This document shows, piece by piece, positions 48,351 through 60,436 of a stretch of DNA of 64,000 bases. Under the pieces are notes generated by a model. That model worked only from the letters and a program-made list of their open reading frames with translations, searched no databases and was not told the DNA's origin. Each line of letters begins with the position of its first letter. Position 1 is the stretch's first letter. The stretch is from Octopus sinensis (Eukaryota). Made by a program: the position numbers and the translations under genes. Location: the NCBI RefSeq assembly GCF_006345805.1, contig NC_043000.1, positions 129,084,001 to 129,148,000 on the forward strand, written 5' to 3'.

Positions 48351-49184
48351 CTAGAAAAGATACAAAAACAAAGTAAGAAAGAAAAGCCATCAGATAACAA
48401 AATCAATATGTTGGAAATCACAATTATTGATAGTCCGAAAAAGAAAAGAATAAATGCCAAGAATTTACAGTGATTTTATGGACCATATCATATTAGCATG
48501 GAAGTATGTAGAAGGCAGTATGGCTGTCCAGTTAAAATGTCCCCTTTCTGACCACATACTTCCAGGTATGATACCACAACATGGTACTTTGGGCAAATAT
48601 CTTCTACTACAGCCATGGACTAACCTTACCATTTCAGTGAAATCTCGCAGACAGTAGGTGCAAAAGTATGATGGATGGATAGCTAGATAATTGTCATCGA
48701 CATATTAACATCTATTTCTCCATGTTTGCAGGACTCAAATGGAATTTGTTGAGGCAGATTTTCTATGACTGAATGCCCTTCCTGCCATCAACCTTCACCT
48801 GTTTCCAAGTAAGGTAATATTTTTTCTCCCTAGACAGATATGTTTTCACCGAACACCGGAAATGAACAACATTACTTGCATGATAATGACACACCTATTT
48901 ACAATCATAACACAAAGTTAAACAGAGAAACACAAACACCCATCTACTCACCCAGATATATATTTTTAATCTTTTACTTGTTTCAATCATTTGAATGTGG
49001 CCATGCTGTGGCACCATTTGAAGGATTTTAGTCAAACAAATCAACCCCAGGAGCCATTTTGTTTTTTTAAGCCTAGTATTATTTTATTGGTCTTTTTTGC
49101 TGAACTGCTACATTACAAGACCGTAGACACACCACTAGTTTGACGAGTGGTAGAGAGGAATAGAGACACACACACACCATCATG

Positions 49185-49407
49185 AGCGTGGCCGTTGCCA
49201 GTACAGCCAGATTGGCCCTCATACCGGTGGCACATAAAAGCACCCACTACACTCTCGGAGTGGTTGGCGTTAGGAAAGGCATCCAGTTGTAGAAACTCTG
49301 CCAGATCAGATTGGAGCCTGGTGCAGCCATCTGGTTCGCCAGTCCTCAGTCAAATCGTCCAACCCATGCTAGCATGGAAAGCAGACGTTAAATGTTGATG
49401 ATAATGA
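49185..49407 (+). mobile_element. RTE 3' tail inserted in the microsatellite of a minus-strand SINE A (48970-49610)
   Basis: The SINE halves flank the LINE tail. Confidence 0.8.
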
Positions 49408-50099
49408 TATATATATATATAGTATATACATATATACATACATACACACACACACACACGAGCTTCTTTCAGTTTCCGTCTACCAAATCCACTCACAAGG
49501 CTTTGGTTAGCCCAAGGCTATGGTAGAAGATACTTGCCCAAGATGTCACACAGAGGGACTGAAGCCAGAACCATGTGGTTGGGAAGCGTCTTACCACACA
49601 GCTATACCTGCACACACATACACACAAAATATTCCTTGTGTGTACAGTTAGATGTATGACTGCTACTGGTTATTAGTGTACTTAATAGTATTATTTGTCA
49701 CAATATACAGAGCAAATATAGGAAAATAATATGACAAATACAAGACACAGTTACACCATTTGTTCCCAATGCATGTTTGGCCATTGTGGCTATCTGCATC
49801 CTCTGTAGTGGGTGTTCATGGTGTATCTGAATCCATTTGTTCTGTGTTAACATGATGTAGTAAAGTGTTACTACGAACATGTTGTAGAAGTAACTGATCT
49901 TAGGTTTGCTTGGCCAGGGTTTAGAATTAAACAATGACCAACAAGAATCATGTTAAAAATTGCAGCAGCAAGTTATAAATAATCTGTTTTATAAATGGGA
50001 GCAAATGTTTGAGTTTCCAAGCAAACAAAGGAAAAAAAGAAACAAAAAATGAAGTTAAGATTGAAATTTTTCATTCATTTTTAAATCACAGTTTCAACT

Positions 50100-50712
50100 A
50101 TCTTTATTTTTTGCCTTTCACTTGTTTCATTTATTGGAATGTAGTCATGCTGGAGCACCACTTTGAAAGGTTTTAGCCAAACAAATCAACCCCATACTTA
50201 TTTTTGAAGTCTGATCCTATCAGTTTCATTTGTGGAATCCCGATGTTATGAGGACGTAAACAAACCAACATTGGTTGTCAAGCAGTGGAAGAAGAACAAA
50301 GATGCATAATGGGCAACACAATTTCTGTATCTTTCATCTTTTACTTGTTTGAATCATTTGACTGTGGCCATTCTGGGGCACCACCTTGAAAGGTTTTAGT
50401 TGAACAACTTGACTCTAAGAGTTATTTTTTAAGCCTAGTATTTATTCTATTGGTATCTTTTGCTGAACCACTAAGTTATGAAGACAAACACCAACACTGG
50501 CTGTCAAGCAGTGGTGGGGGACAAACACAGACACTTAGATATAAAAATATAAACGACAGGTTTCTTTCAGCTTCTGTCTACCAAATCCACTCATAAGGCT
50601 TTAGTCAACCCAAAGCTATAGTGGAAGACACTTGCCCAAGGTTCCAGACAGATGGACTGAACCCAGAGCTATTGGTTAGGATGGAAGCTTCTTACCACAC
50701 AGCCATGCCTAT
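50100..50712 (-). mobile_element. Two adjacent diverged SINE A-related copies
   Basis: Two cttgttt.a.tcatt...gagcacca starts at about 50120 and 50340. Confidence 0.75.
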
Positions 50713-51237
50713 AAGTATATACCAAAAAGACTTTTAAGGCATTTATCAATTCAGACCTACAGTAAAAGACATTTGCTCAAGATGCTACAGTGTGACTGAA
50801 CCCAAACCCATGTAATTTCAAAGTGGCCCACTTAACCGCACAGCCATGCCTCTACCTATATCATCATCATCATTTATTGTTGATTTTCCATTCTAACATG
50901 GTTTGGGGTTTCAATGGCTGGATGCCCTTCCTAACACCAATCACTTTACAGAGGGTACTGAGTGCCATGTATGTGGCACCAGTACAAGTGCTTTTTATGT
51001 GGAACTGGCATGGTGTTTTTGTAAGTGACACCAGCACACACACACACACACACACATATACATCTTTTATAACAAAAATGAAATTTTAAAATAACCCTAT
51101 TTGTTGGAATTAGAAATATTTAACAAAAATGTAAAAAATATAATTCTCTATTATCAGGTATCCCAGACTCAGAAAACTGAACAATAATGGTTGTCCTACT
51201 GCCTTTCTGCTGTGAATTCAACTTCAACACTACTCAC

Positions 51238-51273
51238 AACAGGTTTCAGAGACAAAAATAAATTTCTTAAGAT
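51238..51273 (-). CDS. Candidate host-gene exon (36 nt)
   Basis: Acceptor tgtcactgcttag, donor GTGAGT. Reads (D)LKKFIFVSETC, in phase with the 52123-52199 exon. Confidence 0.35.
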
Positions 51274-52122
51274 CTAAGCAGTGACACAGTTTTGTTTTAT
51301 GACTAAGTCAGAGGAGGAAGAGCAGTAAAAAAAAAAAAAAATTCACAACCCTACAATTCATAGTTTGCTATAATAGGTAGAAGCGCATCAAGATATAATT
51401 ACCCACAGACCATAGGCTTGGCCTGACTAATTGCTACAGAATGGACACTTCTTAAGGTACCCTGGGGTACATGTGATAGTGTGAAACCAGGTGAGGAATT
51501 GAGTGTCACCTAAGACAAGTACTGTCTGTCCAATGGGCTTTTATACAGTATCTATCTATCCAATTAATTCAAATGACACTGGCCATGTGTCATTTGAATT
51601 AATATTAATTCTTTGGTTACAGGGACATAAACACACCAACACCAGTTGTAAAGAGGTAGTGAGGGACAAACACAAAGACACACACACAAACATCTTCATT
51701 TAATGCCTGTTTTCTATGCTGGCATGGGTTGAATGGTTTGACTGAGAACTGATAAGCCATGGAGCTGATTTGGCATGGTTTCTACAATTGTATACCCTTC
51801 CTAATGCCAGCCAATCCAAGAGTGTAGTGGGTGCTTTTTATGTACCACTGATACACAATTGGCTTCTTTCAGTTTCCATCAACCAAATCCACTCACAAGG
51901 TTTTGGTCAGCCTAAGGCTATGGTAGAAGACACTTGCCCAAGGTGCCACACTGTGGGACTAAACCTGGAACCAATTAATTCAAATGACACAGGGCTACGA
52001 CAAGAGACATTTGCTCATGATACAACACATGAAATTGGACACAGGAACTTGTGATTGTAAAGAGAACTACTTTACAATCACAAAAAATCTTTACACTACT
52101 CAGATATCCCCAATTCACTCAC

Positions 52123-52199
52123 CTCTTAGCATTTTCGATGTATCCCAACCTCTTGAAGCTTCACTAACCATTATTCCAAGTCCTTTTTTCTTACAGGTC
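52123..52199 (-). CDS. Candidate host-gene exon (77 nt)
   Basis: Acceptor gttgcctgtcag, donor AG|GTGAGT. Only one open frame: TCKKKGLGIMVSEASRGWDTSKMLR. Confidence 0.5.
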
Positions 52200-52283
52200 C
52201 TGACAGGCAACATTTTGAATGGAAATTCATGGTATTGAGCTCACTGATCTCAAAAGTTATGAGCAATGCCCTTTCCTCTAGAT

Positions 52284-52646
52284 CAGGGGTTCTCAATGTG
52301 GGCAATACTGCCTCCAAAGGTGTGCCTGGTATGGCAAAGAGGGCATTAGACTTTAGGATGCAGTGTGGAAAGTAGTGAGATAACATAATTAATACTAAAT
52401 TTTACCTATAGTAGCAATAATATCATACATGATAAAACTAGTAATGATTATTAAAATAAAATGAGATTGCATCAGGCACAGGAAAGTATTAAGTAATCCA
52501 TTTTTAGAGTAAAATTTATGAATTATCATCCATGTTAAGTTAGTTTAGTAGTGATACCTCACTCACCACTTAGGTGAGCACTAGGCATAACAAATACCTA
52601 AAAGTGCCGAGTGCTAAAAAAATTTTAAAAAGGTTAAGAACCATGG
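52284..52646. mobile_element. hAT MITE
   Basis: caggggttctcaa ... ttaagaaccatgg. Flanks ctctagat / ctctaaaa. Confidence 0.65.
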
Positions 52647-53345
52647 CTCTAAAATTTAAAAAAATTAAAAATGATATTATGTGATATAATAAATGATATC
52701 ATGTGATATCATGTCCATGTCTATATAACTGATAGTACCGTAATCTGAAGAAGAGACTATGTTTTTATTTTTATAGTCAGGCTTCTGTTTTCAAAACAAG
52801 CAGAATTAAATGCCCTGCTCAGAGGCACAACACAAAACTCAAACAGGGGTCAGTAATCCAGTACCTTATCCTTCAAGAAATGTTTCTTTTCTAATGGTCA
52901 TTGTGTGAATACATATAAAATGAATATCAATAGTAATAACTTTGTTGAAATGAAATGATGAATAAAAATATGAGCCTGGGTAGGCAAAAATGCATACCTA
53001 GACCAAATCTATAAATATTACTTATTAATTATGAAAAGTAAATGATTATCTTTTACTTGTTTCAATCATTTGACTGCAGCCATGCTGGGGCACCATCTTG
53101 AAGGATTTTAGTCAAACAAATTGACCTCAGGACTTGTTTTTTTAAGCCTAGTACTTATTCGATTCGTTTCTTTGGTTACAGGGACATAAACACACCAACA
53201 CCGGTTGTAAAGCAGTAGTGATGGACAAACACAAAGACACACACACACATCTTCATCATCATTTAATGCCTGTTTTCTATGCTGGCATGGGTTGAATGGT
53301 TTGACTGAGAACTGGTAAGCTGTGGAGTTGATTTTGGCATCGTTT

Positions 53346-53782
53346 CTGAATTCATTACTCTTTTACTTGTTTCAGTCATTTGACTGTAGCTGAGCTGGAG
53401 CACCACCTTTAGTCGAGCAAATCAACCCCAGGACTTATTCTTTATAAGCCTAATACTTATTCTATTGATCTCTTTTGCAGTACCACTAGGTTACAGCGAT
53501 GTTGCAGGGACAAACACAAACATATACACACATACATATATATATATATATATGTATGTGTTTGTGTGTCTGTGTTTGCCCCCCTCAACATCGCTTGACA
53601 ACCAATGCTGGTGTGTTTACGATGGGCTTCTTTCAGTTTCCGTCTACCAAATCCACTCACAAGGCTTTGGTCGGCCTGAGGCTATAGTGGAGGACACTTG
53701 CTCAAGATGCCACGCAATGGGACTGAACCCAGAACCATGTGGTTTGTAAGCAAGCTACTGACCACACAGCCACTCCTACGCC
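53346..53782 (-). mobile_element. SINE family A with an internal inverted segment
   Basis: Segment about 53555-53620 is in plus orientation inside a minus-strand copy. Confidence 0.8.
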
Positions 53783-54631
53783 TATGTATATTAGATTATA
53801 ATATGGCTGTTTATTAGATTATAATCAAAATATTATAAATATTTTGATTATAATCTAATAAAAAGCCACTATTTTGAGGTTACACAAAAACAATTTCTGC
53901 TACTATGCAAGATATATCATACATAACACTGTTAAACCCACATATCATGAGGGTAGCTCCAGAATGCACTACATGCACAGTCATAGTAACAGAATTATTT
54001 CTGCCTTTTCACTAAGTGTCTAATAACATTTACTAGAAGTTAGAGAGTGTGTGTGTGTGTGTAAAATCACCATCCTCATTTTAAAGTCTAATCTTCCATG
54101 TATCAGTGAATTCCTATTACAAACCCCTTTACAGTATGGACTGGATGCATTTTATCATGTTGCTCGCACTAGAAAATTTCTTTGATAAGACTGAAATGTC
54201 CTCTGTACAATGTATCTGTTTTTATTTGGACTGATGGCTCTTCTGGACAAGTTGTGACTTGCAGAATCCATGTCTTCTCCCACAGTGCTGAGTACTTAAA
54301 TATCAACTACTTAGTGGCTTCTCTTTAAACTGTTTTAGCTTCAGTATTAAGAGGAATATAACATAATATGTGGTGCTTAATAGGAAAAAAATTTTCGTCC
54401 ATCAGTTTTATAACAGAATCATATTTTATAGCCTTGCCATCGCCTGCGGTAATGCTGTGAATGTGTTGGTTTGCTTCGGTAGGTTCTGTTGAACCTTGTG
54501 GTGTGTGACCAATTCAGGCACTTAATGTTGAACTGATATTTTTCTTTCCTCTATTTCCCTTTTTTACCTCCTGGTTTTGGATTTATATATTTTTTAATGT
54601 GGTTTTTATATTACTATGTACTATATATATA

Positions 54632-55842
54632 TCAAAATCAAAACAAATCAAAATAGATGAACATCAATGGAATCTGTATCTTTGTGGTACCAGTGCCGGT
54701 GGCACACACTTTGTGGCACACATGAGAACCATCTGAACGTGGCCGTAGCCAGTTCCGCATCGACCGGCCTCCGTGCTGTGGGCACGTAACAAACACCATC
54801 CGATCATGGCCGTTCGCCAGCCTCATCTAGCACCTGTGTCGGTGGCACATAAAAACACCTTCCGAAGACCCGGCAAGACTAGTCAGTCCACCTGTGCATA
54901 CCTTCCTTCTTGTGACACTTGTGAAGACCGGTTGAGGCAAGTGAAAATCAAATCAAATCAAATCAAATCAAAATAGACAAAATAGATGAACATCAATGGA
55001 ATTTGTATCTTGTGGTACCAGTGCCTGTGGCACACAAGAAATCCATCAGTGCTGTAGTCAGTGCGGTGGGCACATGACAAACACCATCCGATCGTGGCCG
55101 TTCGCCAGCCTCATCTAGCACCTGTGTCGGTGGCACATAAAAACACCATCCGAAGACCCGGCAAGACTAGTCAGGCCATAACCCATGGCCCCTACCTGGG
55201 ACGTAGTCAGTCCACCTGTGCATACCTTCCTTCTTGTGACACTTGTGAAGACCTGTTGAGGCAAGTGAAAATCAAATCAAAACAAATCAAAATAGATGAA
55301 CATCAATGGAATTTGTATCTTTGTGGTACCAGTGCCGGTGGCACGTGGCACACAATAAAACCATCCGAACGTGGCCGTAGCCAGTACTGCATCGACTGGC
55401 CTCCGTGCTGTGGGCACGTAACAAGCACCATCCGATCGTGGCCGTTTGCGAGCCTCATCTGGCACCTGTGTCGGTGGCACATAAAAACACCATCCGAGCG
55501 TGGCCGTCTGCCAGCCTCGTCTGGCACCTGTGTCGGTGGCACATAAAAAACACCATCCGAGCGTGGCCGTTTGCCAGCCTCGTCTGGCACCTGTGTCGGT
55601 GGCACATAAAAAACACCATCCGAGCGTGGCCGTTTGCCAGCCTCGTCTGGCACCTGTGTCGGTGGCACATAAAATCACCCACTACACTCTCGGAGTGGTT
55701 GGCGTTAGGAAGGGCATCCAGCTGTAGAAACACTGCCAGATCTGACTGGACTGGTGCAGCTTTCGGGCTCCCCAGACCCCAGTTGAACCGTCCAACCCAT
55801 GCTAGCATGGAAAGCGGACGTTAAATGATGATGATGATGATG
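54632..55842 (+). mobile_element. RTE 3' region with tandem triplication and a 63-bp minisatellite
   Basis: aaaatagatgaacatcaatggaat at 54650, 54979 and 55289. Near-identical 62-63 bp units at 55463, 55525, 55588 and 55651. (GAT)n tail. Confidence 0.9.
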
Positions 55843-55873
<31 letters not shown>

Positions 55874-56115
55874 TACGCGTTTATATTCTAATAAAATAAA
55901 CAGAATATGAACACGTTCCTCAAAGAATTGACACATAATGTAAATTGATGAAAACATGGAAGGACAGAATTTGTTTTAACAATAAACTTCTAAGTACATT
56001 TTCTAAGATGCAGTGAAATAGACCGGTAAACTGAAAATGATGAACAAAAATGCCAGAGTAGTCTCCCTTCGTAAAACATTACAATAATCTATTGTTTAAA
56101 CTTAAATTTTAATAC

Positions 56116-56188
56116 CCTACTCCTGAGCCAGCTGTGACAGGGATGTTCCGTTTTCGTCCTGGAAGCTTTCTGCATAACATTTAAAAAT
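56116..56188 (-). CDS. Candidate host-gene exon (boundaries ambiguous)
   Basis: Two acceptors (56169, 56188) and two donors (56116, 56121); all three frames are open over part of the region. Confidence 0.3.
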
Positions 56189-56529
56189 CTGAAACATGCA
56201 CACACACTCTCTACATACACATTTCTGTAGATTTATAGTAACATGTGCGATAGATCATTCAAGTTATAATAATAATAATAATAATAATGATGAAATTATT
56301 GTATACAGTGCTCAGGTGCACCACAACTTGTCAGAAAGTGCGTATAGAGTATATACGTATGTTTATGTATTCTACTTAAAGGAGTAGAATTACACACAGT
56401 AAATACATACATACACACATATACATACATTCATATACACACACAGGGTACACTTAGCAGTCTCTGAAACGCACAAGTTTAATAAAGCGAAGTAGCTAAA
56501 AGTTAGTTAAAAGAAAATATTTAACTCAC

Positions 56530-56572
56530 TCTGTAATCTTTATATCTAACCATGGCTGTGTTTCAAACAATA
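56530..56572 (-). CDS. Candidate host-gene exon (43 nt)
   Basis: Donor GTGAGT, acceptor ctgtcacag. Only one open frame: (V)LFETQPWLDIKIT(E). Confidence 0.3.
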
Positions 56573-56904
56573 CTGTGACAGCTTTAATGTGGAAGGTGTG
56601 AGTGTGTAACTGTTTACCTATCTCTCACATTTTTTTTTACCTCCGAAAGAAGAACAATTGACAAATTAACAAAGACTGAGGAAAAGGTCAAAGCCTTAAG
56701 GACTTAACTATTTACTAATCTTCTCCTCTCCCTTTCACCTCCATTCGACAAACACATTTTATTAGTTTCTCTCTCTCTCTCCCTTCTTCCTTTTCTTCTA
56801 TGTTCTTTTCTCTCTCCCTCCCTCTCTCTCTCTCTCTCTTTCCCTCTCCCATGCCTTTTCTTGTTTTCTTTGTTTTGAAGAAGCTTTTCTTACTCATTTA
56901 AAAA

Positions 56905-57062
56905 ATCAGACCTGCCTGCGTCAGTTGTTGACTGCCATGACACTGCATCCTTTAAGGCCCTCATGCTTTCCGAAATCCGCCGAAACTACACCTGATTATA
57001 TATACACTTTAGATGAGTTGTAGTGCACCTGAGCACTGTACACAATTATTATTATTATTATT
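56905..57062 (+). mobile_element. Retroposon 3' end with (ATT)n tail; inverted partner at 56270-56345
   Basis: agttgtagtgcacctgagcactgtacacaattatt versus reverse complement of 56294-56328. Confidence 0.6.
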
Positions 57063-57131
57063 ATACACACCTGTGTATATCTGTTTCTTTCTACAGGTGG
57101 ACTGTCAGAGAAGCTATCCGTGTCCACTCAT

Positions 57132-57352
57132 TGGCAGAAACGTTAGCACGCCGGGCGAAATGCGTAGCCGTATTTCGTCTGTCGTTACGTTCTGAGTTCA
57201 AATTCTGCCGAGGTCGACTTTGCCTTTCATCCTTTCGGGGTCGATAAATTAAGTACCAGTTACGCACTGGGGTCGATGTAATCGACTTAATCCCTCTGTC
57301 TGTCCTTGTTTGTCCCCTCTGTGTTTAGCCCCTTGTGGGTAGTAAAGAAATA
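57132..57352 (+). mobile_element. Young SINE family B with 17-bp TSD
   Basis: tatccgtgtccactcat at 57115-31 and 57353-69. Confidence 0.93.
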
Positions 57353-57888
57353 TATCCGTGTCCACTCATGACTAAACAGGTGTAACACAAGAACATTACA
57401 ATAACCAGTCATCCTCAATTGCAAACAGTGTGATTATGTGTTTCCTGTATAAATATGCGTGTATGAATAAGTGGGTAGATGAAAGGTAGAGGCACTCAAC
57501 ACATTTGCTAAGAGTTGCATCATTATTATTTTAAAAAATAAATCAGTTTGATTTGGCTTCATGCAACTTAAAGTTGAGCCTGACGGTCCAGGTTCCAGTG
57601 ACAAGCTTGCGAAACATTAAGCTTCATGGAGTCGAACCAAACTGTTTTTAAATAATATCATTCATTTTATGTCTATTTTCCCATGCTAGCATCGGTTAGC
57701 TGGAAACTTATTTGAGGCAGCATTTTATGGTCATGTGCCCTTCCTATCACCAACAGCCTACCTGTTTTTTCAAGAAAGGGATTTTTAAAGTACACCAGTA
57801 GTTTTTCTAAGCCACTGAGTGACCTGTCATGATGTCAACAGGGAATGCAAGCATCTCACAAATACACATTATATATATATATATATAT

Positions 57889-58386
57889 GACCTGTTGAGG
57901 CAAGTGAAATCGAAATCAAACTCGGTGACTGGCATCCATTGCTAGTGGAGCGCTAAGAGTACCATACAAGTGAGATCGTTGTCAGAGCAACAAGCTGGCC
58001 TTCGTGCCGATGGCACATTTAAAAGCACCATTCGAACGTGATTGTCACCTTACTAGCACTTGTGCTGGTGACACGTGAAAAAAAAAAAACATTTGAGCAA
58101 GGTCGTTGCCAGTGCCGCTGGACTGGCTCCTGTGCATGTGGCACATAAAAAGCACCATTTGAGCGTGGTCATTGCCAGTATCACCTAACTGGCTCTCATG
58201 CCAGTGGCACGTAAAAGCACCCACTACACTCTCAGAGTGGTTGGTGTTAGGAAGGGCACCCAGCTGTAGAAACTCTGCCAGATCAAATTGAAGTCTGGTG
58301 CAACCATCTGGTTAGCCAGACCTCAGTCAAATCGTCCAACCCATGCTAGCATGGAAAGCAGACGTTAAATGATGATGATGATGATG
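57889..58386 (+). mobile_element. RTE 3' UTR with ~5 repeat units
   Basis: Starts gacctgttgaggcaagtgaaatcgaaatc; ends (GAT)n. Confidence 0.88.
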
Positions 58387-58410
58387 GCATATATATATAT
58401 ATATATATAT

Positions 58411-58795
58411 GCGCAGGAATGGCTGTGTGGTAAGTAGCTTGTTTACCAACCACATGGTTCCAGGTTCAGTCCCACTGCGTGGCACCTAGGGCAAGTGTCT
58501 TCTACTATAGCCTCGGGCTGACCAAAGCCTTGTGAGTGGATTTGGTAGACGGAAACTGAAAGAAGCCCGTCGTATATATGTATATATATGCGTGTGTGTG
58601 TTGGTGTTTGTCCCCCTAGCATTGCTTGACAACCGATGCTGGTGTGTTTATGTCCCCGTTACTTAGCGGTTCGGCAAAAGAGACCGATAGAATAAGTACT
58701 GGGCTTACAAAAGAATAAATCCCGGGGTTGAGTTGCTTGATTAAAGGCAGTGCTCCAGCATGGCCACAGTCAAATGACTGAAACAAGTAAAAGAG

Positions 58796-58796
<1 letters not shown>
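58411..58796 (+). mobile_element. SINE family A, full length
   Basis: Near consensus. Confidence 0.92.
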
Positions 58797-58828
<32 letters not shown>

Positions 58829-59422
58829 GTATGTGATGGGCTTCTGTGCACATGTTGTCTACAGCGTATTTTCATCATTGTTTTTTAGTTCACTTTTCTA
58901 TATTTACTTGGGTCAAACAGAATTCAATAAGGCAAATCTTCTACACCCAGATACCCTTCCTGCTATCAATGTTTACCCATTTCCAATATTTCTATGCATG
59001 GTAATATTTTGCCCATTGTTGGACGTTTACATCGAAGACTGAAAACAAAAGACACTGTTTGTGAGGCAATGATACAACTATTGCCTGATGTCAAAACAAA
59101 GAGATACAAACACATACACATAAATACATATATGAAATGAGCTTCCTTAAATTTCCATTAACCAAATCCACTCAAAATGTTTTGTCAGCTTGGAACTAGA
59201 ATAGAGTCTTGCTCCAGGTTCCATGAGGTGAGATTGAACTAGAAACCATGTGATAGGGAAGCAAACTTCTTACCATACACTCATGCCTGTGCTTATAAGC
59301 TATGCTTGTGTGTGTTTACACATATATGCACACAGATTAAATGAGCCAAGAGCATCTCTTCATGCTTGTTAAATCTGCTAGAAATAATAACCAAATTTCT
59401 CTGAAATCATTATGCCACCATC

Positions 59423-59615
59423 TTAACCCTTTAGCATTTAAACCAGCTACATCTCACTCAAATAGCCAGATCCAGCCTATCACACCTATTCAACAATGTC
59501 ATTTTAGAAATAAACACTGACATCATTGAAATCTTGAAGCTACAAGACAATGCATGATTAATTCAAAATTATGTGAATTACATTCAACAGAATAATTCAT
59601 ATGTTAAAGAGCTAA
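59423..59615. mobile_element. piggyBac-type MITE
   Basis: TTAACCCTTTAGCATT ... atgttaaagagctaa. Confidence 0.7.
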
Positions 59616-60436
59616 AACAAGAAGGATGGCACTCGTGTAAAAAAAAAACCGGAAAAATCAAGGCTTAAGTACCTTTGATTATAGGTTTGCTCAAACAGGG
59701 ATAACCTGGAGTTAAATAAGGAAAACATATTCCAATTCTTATGCATGATATTCTCATAATCTTGGAAGGTAGACATCAACTGTTGCCAGTTGAAAGCCAC
59801 CATGTGGCCCTTGCGTGGTTTTCAAAAGATGTATTCTGTTGCATGCATTAAAGTTAAGCCTTAAGTCTTGAGGGTAACTTCTTTCTACTCTTGGTTACAC
59901 TGAATATCAATGCCACTGCCCTTCCACCTCTAAGCCATATTGAAAAAAAAAAAAAGAAAAAGCATAATCTCTGCTGGCAAGTTGTCAATGATTAACCTAG
60001 CAACAACACAAACACAAACAATTCAACATGTTAAAAGTGACTGAAGCATAAGAAATGCAGTACAAGTACATGAGATATACTAGGTAAGTTGTCAGTGAGT
60101 CATGGTTGATAGAGGAAGTAGGCCAAATATGATAAATGTGGAAAGGTATACAAGACATACAGAACTATATCAAATGTAGTGTGAAGGACAATTAACTAGT
60201 GAAATATGCGTAGTGATTGTTACTATTGGCACACCAAAACTAAATGCTTAGTGGTATTTTGTCTATCTTTGTGTTTTGAGTTCAAATTTCAAGGGTGATA
60301 AAATAAGTACCAATTAAATAGTGGAGTTGATGGAAATGAATATCCCCCTCCCCACAAATTTCAGGCTTTGCACCTATAGTAGAAAGGATCATTATTATTA
60401 TTATTATTATCATCATTATCATTATTATGCATTCGT

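Noticed and set aside
49698-49934. 78-aa minus-strand ORF in unique DNA between candidate exons
   Set aside because: No convincing acceptor/donor pair in a compatible phase, and the most coding-like frame has an internal stop.
55440-55680. CRISPR-like regularly spaced repeats with a palindromic core (also 31190-31640)
   Set aside because: The spacers are homologous to each other rather than unique, the array lies in a LINE 3' UTR, the context is eukaryotic, and there are no cas genes.
59612-59830. Exon-like block (IHLLKTTQGPHGGFQLATVDVYLPRL*)
   Set aside because: Weak acceptor, a stop in each informative frame, no recognisable homology. Cannot be supported.
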